64,000 bases of DNA from Chara braunii (lineage: Eukaryota; Plantae; Charophyceae). The notes under the pieces are model-generated. The model did not search any database. It had not been told where the DNA came from and saw nothing but the letters and a program-made list of their open reading frames with translations. Positions within the stretch are counted from its first letter, which is position 1. Each line of letters starts with the position of its first letter. This document shows positions 40,301 through 52,235 of the stretch, in pieces. The translations under genes were made by a program, and so were the position numbers. The stretch lies in NCBI GenBank assembly GCA_003427395.1, contig BFEA01000006.1:529218-593217 (forward strand), in the 5' to 3' direction.

Positions 40301-40980
40301 AGCAGTCTCACCCTTCGGAGACCTTCCCTCGAGTGGAGGTTGATCTGGTTTCGACTTGGACGATCCTCTCCGCTCCCAGGGCTGATGCTGTCCGCTAACA
40401 GCTAACTTCCACCCCCAAGCTCGAATCTACATAGAACCCTCAGCTATCCCTTCCCCTTTTTGTTCTCCATCGCTTCCTGTTTACTTTATTAAGTTTATCT
40501 GTATCTCCCCCCGAGCATCGTGACTTTTCGCCAGAAAATCTTCCTTCTTCATAGCCATACTCTCCTATCTTGTTGGAACTCTCGATTATTCCTCTTTTTT
40601 CACCTTTTTCTCTAATTTCTATTACTATTTGTTTGTAAAATAGGTTGGCGTGACCTTTCGCCAGAAAATCTTCCTTCTCCATAGCCATACTCTCCTATCT
40701 TGTCGGAACTCTCGATTATTCCTCCTGTCTCTTATACACATCTAGATGTGTATAAGAGACAGCTTCATAGCCATACTCTCCTATCTTGTTGGAACTCTCG
40801 ATTATTCCTCTTTTTTCACCTTTTTCTCTAATTTCTATTACTATTTGTTTGTAAAATAGGTTGGCGTGACCTTTCGCCAGAAAATCTTCCTTCTCCATAG
40901 CCATACTCTCCTATCTTGTCGGAACTCTCGATTATTCCTCTTTTTTAACCTTTTTCTCTAATTGTTATTACCATTTGTTT
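35809..40980 (-). repeat. right arm of a long inverted repeat
   Basis: Reverse complement of 26735-31581; for example the ORFs beginning MAMEKEDFLAKGH occur on opposite strands. Confidence 0.92.
40725..40762. other. Nextera mate-pair junction adapter (assembly artefact)
   Basis: Exact CTGTCTCTTATACACATCT+AGATGTGTATAAGAGACAG, flanked by an identical duplication (40547-40724 = 40763-40940). Confidence 0.98.
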
Positions 40981-42634
40981 GTAAAATAGGTTGAATCAGA
41001 CGTGGGAAGTGAACGACGAACCACGTAGTCGGTGTGCATGAGAGTACGTAGTGAGAAATCAAGAGCGAACGCCCGATACATTCGCTTGTGGATTGAGCGA
41101 GAGAAAGGTAGCGAGAGGGGGATCGAGGGATCAGAGGAGGGTGGGAAGGGAGAGAGGATCAGAAGGGGAGCGTAGACACAGGGGGTAGGAGAGAGAGTGG
41201 CTTTCCGGAGCTGCTTACTGTCAAGATTCGATTCAAAAAAGTCGCAAAAAGTAAGCAATAAGCTATGCGGCATCCAGTCGTAAACCCACAACCAACTGAA
41301 CAGCGGGCAAACTGATGTATAAGGGGTAATCGAAGTAGCAAATCTCCCACAAACCATTGTCATTGGATGACGGAAGTACTCGCTGGTCTATGGCGATGCA
41401 TGTGAAAGAGGTAAGGAATGAACGAGCGTAGCTCAATTGGTAGACTCATGAGCTGTTGAAAAAATGGTCCATGACAGGGGCCTATGATGTGCAAAGGAGC
41501 AAAGCAGTGGAGAAGATGAAGAGTCGAGGCAGAGTGGAGAAAGAAGATTAGTGGTGATCACCGACTAGTTATATTTTACGATGCAAGTTGCGAGTATTGA
41601 TCTAAAGTTACGAATCTGAGCGATCACAATAAATGATGAATATGAGTGTCATATTGCTGAAAATCCCCTCTTACGAGTGGTTTGGATTTATGACACGGGT
41701 TCTAAGGTACGAAGTAGTTCTTCTCTCTGTCTATCAACGAGAGCAAGTTTGGGCGTTGTCATGCTAAGAATGTCTTGACTGAATCTGGTCGTCCTTTGAG
41801 CCTTATCTGTCCATGAAAGTTGGCTGCCAGAGTGCCCTTCACTCGTTGAAGAAAAAAAAATGATCTTAGCCACACGTGTTAATCAGAATGGAAAGACAAA
41901 ATAAAAAAAGTAAAATGAAGTCCACCACTCAGACATGAGCATGCCACTAACCACTTATCGTCTTTTCTAGTTGAACGTACGTCTGGCAGACTTGCATCCG
42001 TTGTTCGATTGATAGTTTCCCTTGCTTTTTAATCTTCGGTAGTTCTGGCTTATCACGTTACATTGCCTACCGTTTCAATGATTTTGCTTGTTGGGCAATG
42101 TTGGTTGACCTTGTTCGTTAGCGTTTTTCTTTCTTTTGTTGTGGAACCCCAGATCACCACTTTCTTGATTAAGGGGGTTCGCAGAGTAATTTCGAAAAGA
42201 TCTTCGAGTATTATCCTAGGAGTATCTAAATAATTGATGATTTTGTATATCTATTTGTATCTTGTTTTGTATTTTCAGGATTGGAGTTCATTGGACATAG
42301 CAATCTCTGCTATTCAGCTTTAATACTTCATTCAGTGAGTGAGTACAAATGGAAAACTTGGACATGCAGAATGTACGTCAATTTGAAATTTGTCCTTTAT
42401 GCGAGCAGCTTTTGCACCACACAACCTTGGAGAAGATAGTGGAAGGGAAGTGGAGGGGTCACATCAATCCAGGCCAGGTTGTACAAAGATGAGGTCAGAT
42501 CAAAGCATACCTCCTTTTAGAGCAGAAGGTCATATCAGAGCGTTCCAGATTCCAAAAAGGCAGGATTATAGCAAAGCACACCTGTCTGTAGAGCGGAAGG
42601 ATTACTTGAACGCATGTCGGTTTCTAGTAACGTA

Positions 42635-43815
42635 GGATTATATCAAACCACATTTGTTGCTAGGAAGGGTAAACAGAGGAAGGACAAGCCAGGTTGTGGA
42701 AGGCGTAGACAAAAGAAAGGTCGAGCCATGAAACACAAATTAGAGACACAATATAGTCCAGTTCGTTGTCCACAATGTCATGAGGAGTATCAAAATGTAC
42801 ATGGATTGAAAATTCACTTGTCAAGGAAACACGATGTGCACGGTAAACATTTTGAGAAGGCGACAGCACACAAATCACGACGCTTGGCTCGTACGCGAAG
42901 GGGAGTAGAGTCGTCTCGTCGTAGTGGGAAATACAGTGCACATGAGAATGTTGATGATAGGAAAGAGTTCAGTAGTGAAAAAAATCTTGCGAGTGGAAGC
43001 CACTGTGCAGACACCGATGTTGACATAAACAGGGAGGACGGAAGTATACCCCATTTTATTGAAGATCCGAGTGAAAACAGAAGTTTTGCTAGTGATCAGA
43101 ATGTTGTTGAAGCGGATGGAAACTTCAATATTGGAGAAGATACAGAACTCGGGAGTGGGCCAGGTGCAAAAATGAATGTGGAAGTGGGTGCACACCATTG
43201 TGCAGACGATGAGATGGAAGAGGGAAGTTTTGTCAGTCAGAAAAATCGGGAGGATAAAGAACAAACCATTAAACAAGATGGAAAAAAAGATGTGTAGAAT
43301 GGTGAAGTCTTGGTGGATGAAGAGTGCAATGACTCCAGAGAAGATGGAGAGGAGCGAGAAACGAATGTACCCTCCCATGTGGTCAATAGTCCGGAGGAGA
43401 GAACGACACCTTTATCTGCGGAGTCTCAAGAGACTATGGCATATAATGATATGCACATTGCCATGATAGGACAGGTGAATCAGCACACTACAACAGTTGA
43501 CGACTTTCATCGTTCTATGCTCATGATACATGGTAGAGAGGCTGACATGGATGTTGAAGATCTCTTGTGGTGGAGGACACTGTGATGAACGTCAGTGATG
43601 ACTGTTTATTCGATGATGTTAATCCTGAAAAATCCGTGGAATGAAAAATTGAAAGGGCTCTTATGAACAAAGCATTTATCATTTGCCAGGTCTTCCCTAC
43701 TTATCCCAATTCTATGAAAAAGTGTTAATTCAAAAAGAGAAACAAGGACTCTCGGAAGGACAAGGAGGAAGTAGGATTTATGCAACTAAAACAGTAACAG
43801 TTGGTGATATTCTCA

Positions 43816-43817
<2 letters not shown>
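42635..43817 (+). pseudogene. large exon with a C2H2 zinc finger and acidic region, disrupted
   Basis: CPQCHEEYQNVHGLKIHLSRKH (CX2CX12HX4H) in ORF 42614-43297. Reading continues through a stop and frameshifts into the (AG)n tract at 43818. Confidence 0.7.
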
Positions 43818-43890
<73 letters not shown>

Positions 43891-46800
43891 TTTTGATAAA
43901 AAAACACTCTTTGGATATAAATTTTGTAAACGTTTTTGTACTGTTTGATTTTTGTAACTTTTTTACGTTTTTTTTTTATATGAATTTTGTACTTTTCTAG
44001 CTTACCAGAGTGACCCAGGGTAACTTGCTCGTCCGGGCCAAAAATATATATATATATTTTTAAAATATTATATATATGATAGTTATATATATATATTAAT
44101 TAGTAAAGAATTTTGATGAGACGCTGAGGCAAAAATGTTTAGTTAAATTTTCTGCATAACATAGTTTTTTTTCAGAATTTTTTGAATTTTAATTTATTTA
44201 TTTTTTGGGGGGGGACCTTCCGTGGTCCTTGCTCGGTCTTCCGTGGACCTTACGTGGCTCACCTGGGACCCGGGCGGCCCAGCTGTAGTCTGGATACTTT
44301 TTGAATTTCGTAGTTTATTCCTCGGTCTTTTTCCATTTGATTAATGTTTTACTCACATGACCGACTTGAGAATTACTAACGAATTGTGTGGCTCGTTCTT
44401 ATCAAGCAGGTCATGGACCATTTTTTCAAAAATGAAGTCATTGAGAAAGTTACAATAACAAAACGAACAACGAGGAGTATAATTACTGGCCTCCTTGAAA
44501 CCACAATATCTTCTGAAAACGCGTCAATAAATCGGGATATTGATGTCAATGGTCAACTGTTGGATGAAACAGAGGTGAGTGTTTAAATATGTCTGTAAAT
44601 TTTTTATGTCTTTGTTAATCGGTATAATTTCGAAGCAGCCTGCTGTCTTGTGACGCACTTTTGTGATGGTGTATCATTTGCATGGGCTGGTCGCCTTCTG
44701 TTGGAAATTTCTTGTTACAGTCTTCCTGTACTTAGCCCATGATTGTGATTTCTACGACCACGTTGTTAAAAATCGGTGAGTTGGATGTCCTTCACCCAGT
44801 TGCTTGGATATGCATCCGCTAAGGTAAGACTAATAGAATTGTGCTCTATCGTAGGTGTTGTCTCTGCATAGTGGCAAATTTATAATTGTAAATTAGTCAA
44901 ATTTGCCAAAATACCCTCTTAATCCAAACATCCTCATTAGGTGTATGCAAAAGTTTGTTTCCCTCACTCAACTCGCATCTCACCTCCGTTTCGATCAGAT
45001 CTCTTGATTTCTTTTCCACTTGCTCTTTGGTATTTAACAGATTCTCCAATGTCATAGTCCACCACTCCTTCCCCATTGTGACAAGTGCCATTTCCGTTCA
45101 TATCACATCTGTTTTACTTGGGTTTGGAAAGGAAAGTGGGAAGGCTAACTGAAGATAAGTTTCTTCGGTTCGGAGGATAGGAAGGGATAAGGGAATAGGG
45201 AGGACTGTAACGTTGACAAAAAGTAGCAAAGGAACAGGGAGGACTGTAACTCAATTTATTGCAATTATTTTATCAGCTCTTTTTGTATTGTCGGTGATAC
45301 GTGGAGTATAGTTGACAGAAAGGTCTTCGAAATGGAGCAAGATTTTGTGGAGCAATTCTCATACATGTCAGTTGAGATAAATTCCCAGGAGTGAATCTGA
45401 AGATGACATTCTGGAACCATCTTCTCCAGTTCCAGAGAAAGAGAAACCAGAGATTGTCAATCAGGTATATGATTAACTTTTTTTTTCCCCCGTTTGAAAC
45501 ATATGATCTTCTTACTATGAGTTGGTTGTGTACTTGTGTTTTGTAAATTAAGGGTATTTTTTCTTGGGGAAAAAAAGCATGGTAAACATGTATGCCTGTG
45601 CCATCGAGGTGTTTGTGATGCTTCCAATTGTACCACAATTTTTTTCTTCTAACTTTCACAATGTATTTTCTTATTCTGTTCACTCCATGAACTTCAAATT
45701 TCATTACATTTTTATGTTGTTTGAGAACTTGAAAATTTTTAATGTTCTTAATGATATAATATGGTTATTTTTGGACAGCTGTGAGTTTTTCTCTGTCACT
45801 GTCACACTAACACATACAAATATTGTCGTCGGACAAATGTGTATTTGTATAGTTGTTAACAAAATATGAAGCTTAACGATGTTTTTTTTTTTTTTTCATT
45901 TGGCAAACGATTGTTGTTTTTTTTCCATTTTGAAAGATTTATTTGCTCTGGTTTTCTCCCTGCATTTAAAGAGAGAACAATGACATCGGAACGTCAAGTT
46001 GAATGTATAGGATCAGTCAAATTGCAAATTTAAGAACATGCTCATTTTTTATTTAACTCAATGTATTTAATTCACTTTTGTATTTCTACGTAGGTGAATT
46101 TTGTGGACGAATCTCTAAGCTCTCAAATTTAGGATGAAGTTCGCGAGATTGTTCTTGACCAAGTTGAAAGAGCTGCATCAAGATGGGTAATATTTTTCTA
46201 TTTCACTTGCAATTATTTATTTTTTAATCATTTTCTTCAATGATTGATTATTCAAAAACGGGAGACGTAGTTGTAAGAGAAAGAAATAGACAATGTGAAG
46301 ATGTCAACTTGTTGGTGGAGAACAATGTTTTCATAAGTTTCTTTTCATCTTTTTTAATGGGGGGGTATGAAAAGGAAAAAGGAGAATATCACAGAAAGGG
46401 AGTGTAGTGCAGTCAATCCTTTAAACCACTAGTACCTTCACCAGTGTTGGAAAATTTGGAAAAACAGGATGTCGGAAAAGACCGTGAAGGAGATGTGCTC
46501 ACATCAGTACTCTAAGGAATGCATTTATCCAGAAACGTAGCCAGTTTCATTCTTTATATCTGTATTTTGCTTTCTTTTTTTGTAATCCACGTTTATAATT
46601 TCATAAACATCGTCAGTACTCAAAGGGTAACAGGTCCAAAACTAAAATAAGTGGTTGTCCGTCCAAATTTATATTGTTTTAAATTTTCATTCCTTCCCTG
46701 ATTTTGTTTTTTGTCCAAGGTTGCTCTGTACCAAATTCGGTGTTGTTTGGCGCCCGCGACAGATGTGTATCGTAAGTATTGTGTGTTTAATGTTGTTTGG

Positions 46801-47019
46801 GATCCGAGCCAAAATGTGGAGAACCGTTGTATGACTTGCTGGATTTCATTCATAATATAGGTGGACTCATTGTTGAACGCATGCAGTTCCTCGACAATGG
46901 ATATGGTCTTACTTTTATTGACTTCCATATGAATTGATTAGTGGATTGACGTTGTCTTTTCCTCATCCTAATTGCTGTCAAGGGTCTGTCTTTAGGTCTG
47001 CATAGTTTATTGGTGAGAG

Positions 47020-47975
47020 AGAGAGAGAATTATTTTGTCGCATATCATGAAAAGGTTTATATAACCAACAATGATTTGAAACCCTTACGTGCACGAAAGT
47101 CGATTAAAGTAAGATTCTTCACAAGTTTGTGCGCTTTGACTTCCAGTTATCAATTATTGTCTTTATTTATTCTTCTTTATTTTTGTGATGGTTTACAGAG
47201 GTCGGCTTCGTTAGGAAAGATTGTCCAAACATTTTTGAAAGTCGATGTTGCGCTTGACTATGTTCATCGCCAAATCATGTCCAAACAAAATCCTTGCTAT
47301 GTTATTTTGGCATGTGAGTTGCCACCACCACTCTCAGGCTTTGATTATGTTGTCATGCAACCGAATGATTTTTTAACGAGGTGAGTGATGTACAATTAGA
47401 TATTGACCTCCTTAAACCACCACTCCACACGAGCCTAAATTGAAGAACCAAGAGTTGCATTTTTCCTGGCCTGCCTGCTACAGTAACATGCTTCAAAGAA
47501 AAATCTCGGCGTTCCGGTATCAGCCTACCTTGAAACTCAAGTGCCCTACATTGTGCCAGCATATGACACCAAACAACAAGGGGGAATAAAGGAAGAATAA
47601 CGAAATCCAGATAGGTAAAAAAAAGACAAGATGAATGATAACAAATGCACTTTCCTCCAAAACAAAGAAGTAAAAAAAAGAGGAAAAGAAGATATTGCGC
47701 ACTGGTTTTCATTATGGATGTACCGAATCACAAATACAGTTGTGTACATTCAGCAACGAACTACTTTCAACGAGATGTCGGGGAAGGCCCTGTCGAGGGC
47801 ACACTCACACGAGTACCTTTCAGAATGTATCAGACCACTATTGCAGCTAAAGTTTTGTCATTGTTTTTTTTTTTTTTTTTTTTTTTTCATTTCCTTATTT
47901 CCTAGTGGCCTGCCAGCAAGGCAGGGCGTATTCCACTTTTCATGGAGGGTGTACTCACATTAGTACATTCCAATA
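47020..47975 (+). pseudogene. possible Ulp1/C48-like cysteine protease exons, degenerate
   Basis: In order: VYITNNDLKPL, PYIVPAY, AHWFSLWMYRITNTVVYI, CQQG...GC. This resembles the Ulp1 pattern ITxxDL / PI..HW.L / QxxxxDC. Motif-level only; the catalytic Asp is not evident. Confidence 0.35.
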
Positions 47976-50900
47976 TGTATCTAACGGCTATGAGAGGCAA
48001 ATCAATGTTTTTTTTTTTATGTCTTTCTTTTGTTTTTTTTCCTCCTATTCCGGAATGCCCTCACTTTCCAGAAAGTATCTAATCTATAATACGTTCAAAT
48101 CTATCTTCTTATTCATTGTCCCCCCCCCCCCCCGTAAGATTACTGTGTGGTGTCCTGCCAGCGAGGCAAGGCGTCCGAACCTAAGCCTTGCCTGATCACT
48201 GTGGTTTTTGCTGCGGGAATCGGTACGAAAACATTTATTTTGATAGGGTCATTGGAGTGGTGGTTTAATAGTGTATAGTCGTATGTTTGTTTGTTTTTTT
48301 GTTTTGCGGTGCAACTCTCATTTTCTAGAATGATATTGTTTTCTTTGTTCTTCAACTTACTATAACATGCTATCAATTCCCTACTGTATTAGAAGCGTCT
48401 GATCTTTGTCTAAGCTCCTAATTTTTTCGAGTGTCTGGGTCATAGGCATTTTCTTCGGAGGGACTCTCCACCACCCTACTGTCGTCAACAGAGATTGAAC
48501 CACGTCACCTGTTCAAGGAAACTTTGAGGTCGCTAGACCCTCGATATCCTCTTCCTTCGCTGTGTTTGCTCAATATATGTGTGACCTTATAACTTTCTTT
48601 GTGCTACCTTTGCACACTGTTTACGCAACCTCCTGCTTCATACTTTTTTTTTTTAATTTTCAAAAAAATCTGAAAAAAAAATGTTATGTAAATCTAGGAT
48701 CCCAACCGTGCCGCAAGGATAGCCAGCCCGTGCAAGGACCAGGGAAAGTCCCTGCAAAAAAAATATATATATATTATTAAAAAAACACACACAATTTTTT
48801 TTATAAAAAACTATGTTATGCAGAAAAATTTTCAACAACGTTTGCTCCTGGGTCACATTAAAATTCTTTACAGTTTATTTTTGCAAAAAATATTTATTTA
48901 TAATTTTTAAAAAGTTTTTTGGCACTGACGATTAAGTGACACTTTACTCTGCTGTCCTATATGTAAATGTAATTATACAAACAACTTCTGTTTGAAAGTT
49001 TTGCCTAGATTTATTTTTTTCAGACCGTAAAAAAAATATTATTTTTTATTTTAATCATTAAAAAATATATATATGTTCGACCGAAAATGTTTGCAAGCCG
49101 TTCACACGAATGCTCGTGTTTAGGTGTTGGCGAAACCTGTAAACACGTTTGATGTGCTATGCAAGCCTGGAGTCGTTTTTTTTTTTTTTTTTTTTTTTTT
49201 TTGTATGATGTACACTCTATATATGAGCGATAAGTTTCATTAAAAAGACCTTTAGGGTTTCGTATAAATGAAATAATAAATTTATGAGAATTCGGACCTC
49301 CGTTGACCATTTTTTTCAGAAATTTCACAATTCTCAATATGGAATTTTAAACCGTCCTACAGACACCAAATTTGACACGTTACTACCTTGACCCAAAACA
49401 AAAACAGACAATTTTTTTTTTCAAACCCACAAAATTTTGACTCCCAATCTGAACGCTGACTCGTACGAGAAGCACTTGCACCTCAAGCACGAGGAACAAC
49501 AGAATCACCAACTTGATAAAGGATATTATGAACGTAGAATTTGAATACTCACCAGACTTCCTGCATGTTATGCACACATACAAGGACATGAATGCAAATG
49601 ATCGTCTTCTCTACGAGCAAATTGATCATGTAAGTTCAGAAACCCCTTTTTTGTTTTTCACAATTATATAAACGTCATTTTTTTTAATTAGGTGAATAAT
49701 ATTATCAATATTGTGTTGTTGTTTTTTTTTTTTTGCTTTATATCCGTTGTGAGTAGTAACAGTCCGATTCTGTTTCCACCGACAATTCAAAATCCAACAA
49801 GATACATCCTCACGTTCCATTGATATGGCAGAAGGACACGATAGCAACATTGATTACTTCATAAACCTGGAGGATTGACTATCATCTTGCTATTTCTTCA
49901 CCCTTGCTCAGAGGTTTGTCTTCCTAAACTTGTCCTGTTATGCCTTAAAACAAGACAAAATTAAGAGATATGAAAACTAAACAGCCTTGACGGTGTCGAA
50001 GTTATCCAGTGGGAGGTTCATACTGTCAGTCGTGCTCCGTATCTTTGTAGACCTCTTGCTCTCTGACATAGAACAAAATTAGGTTGCCTGTATTGAGTTT
50101 TGTACGACCGATGAGTTAACTATTTTACCTTGTCCCCTTTTTAGTTATGTCAATCATTCCCTCGTATGCATGAGTCGTTTATGACCACTAGTTTACCATC
50201 CAACAAGCATACCCTTGTGAATTTGGCTCTGATTTTTTGTTGCATGTGAGGATAGTCTGAGAGTGAACGCTTGATCTTTGCTTAGGATCTGCCCCTGGAT
50301 CAACGACCATATGATTGGCAATGCACATACTCTTTTGTGGATTGGAGAAACCTTAAATCATTGAGGTGCATCTCTCCTTCCATATAGACCCAGAGTGTCA
50401 CCTTGCTGGTCATGCCGAACATATCTTCTTTGTCTTGAAAAATTTAGAGTAAATGACCTTTCGGTTTTTTCTATGAATTCAAATTGGGGTGTCCTCCTAA
50501 GTGTGTGCCAGCTTCTGTGTCTGCCCTAGGTGAAGGCGGGCTCTGAACTTTTGATGCGATATTTCTTTATTTGGGACTAAGTGCAAGTGGGAGTCCCGTC
50601 GGTGGGTTGTTGACACTTACAGGGCATTAGTTGGTTACCACACCCTAATGTACAACAGCTTCGGTTCATGAGCCTTCTAGGCTTCTTTTACACAAGTCTA
50701 ACTGCACAGCAGGAAGCCTCTAAGCCTCGGACTTCGTCAGGTGCTTACAGCAGCCCGACTGACTGGGTCATGCGAAAAATGTGGGTTGGACGTGAGATTC
50801 AACGCGGAGGTATGCGAAGTTGCTATTGGGAACTCGGTCCAGTTTGGCAGGCAGCCTTTCGAGGTGAGTCTTTTCCATACAGGGAAGAGCTTGCCTGCAG

Positions 50901-52235
50901 TTCATGCATTTTGGCGCTTGATGCATATTTTGCAGCACTGCTCTTTTCATGCGCATGAGATTGCTAAGCACTAGTGACTGAAATTGAACATGTGCGAGGT
51001 GATGTTGGGAGTTGCATAGCAGCAGCACCAGAGCACAGCCAACCTTAGTCGGGGTGGGGCTTAAAGAACCCAGCATATGTGACATGTGGTCTTCCTTGGA
51101 TGATGTGGAGATGAACTGTGTGGAAAGATGAGGGGATGAGACAAAGGGAGAGTCGGTGACATGTGAAGTTTGCCATTGGATGATATCTTCATGTACATTG
51201 AGATGTTGCTGACGAGCTAACTCGTTGTGACCTCATAGACAGGCTAGTGTAGGATGGGTCGCTGAACGTAGATTGGGCACTATATGCGAGATAGGATAAT
51301 TGACTTTGTGGCATTGATGGTGGTGGCGAAAAGTCGAGCTACATTGTCAATTGTACTCAATGTTTTGTTCTCACTTGGTGTATTTCATGGTGGATTTCTG
51401 CTTTCTGGTTTGAGTATGAGACTATCTAGTTTTCGATGGATGTTGGAACTTGGTTTTTGTAAAAACGCTCTCCTCCTTTTCCTTGCACGTGCTTGTTAGC
51501 GGTAAAATATCTAAACTATCTCATAGCGGAATACGTAGGGCAAATTTGTTAAAAAAAATCGTAAAATTTGTATATACTAAATTTCTTTTTCTCTTTAGAT
51601 TAAAAAAAAAAAACATGTTTTTATGACATGTTTTTTGCTCTATTCCATGTGTCTGCTGGATAATCCTGGATTCATACGATCTGAGTGCATGTGTGATCTC
51701 TGAGTCAATGGTGGTATATGTTTGTCCCTATTGCTTGGTTGACTTGTCTGGTTGAATTACTGATCATTTGGTGTGTTTTTATTTTGCAGAAAACACAATG
51801 TCACTTGTATTTCGATCTCGAATTTTCACCAAGTTTGAATGAAGAGAAGGATGGGAATGCAATGGTCGAGACGTTATTGATGATAACGTATGGCCTTATA
51901 GGATCAGAGTTCCCTCATTTGCGTGACTAAAGTCCATCGATATTAGAGACCGATTCATCGAGGGAGGACAAATTCTCCAGACATCTGCTGATACATGTTA
52001 ATGGTTTATTGTTTTCAAATAATCAAGAGGTGTTAACGATTGTTAATAAGGTAAGAATAATGCAAACATTTATATTTGATAACAAAGAAAAAACATATTT
52101 TACGGTCAATATTCCAAATAGATGCTCAATCGTTGTTTCAAAATTTCTTAACATTTTTGTTGGTCGAGTCGTTGCTATATCCAGATTGCATGTGTTTACT
52201 GAACATTCTACTATTTAAACATTGTGCCACTGAAG

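Noticed and set aside
40725-40762. Tn5 mosaic ends as a real transposon or horizontal transfer
   Set aside because: The back-to-back arrangement is exactly the Nextera mate-pair junction adapter.
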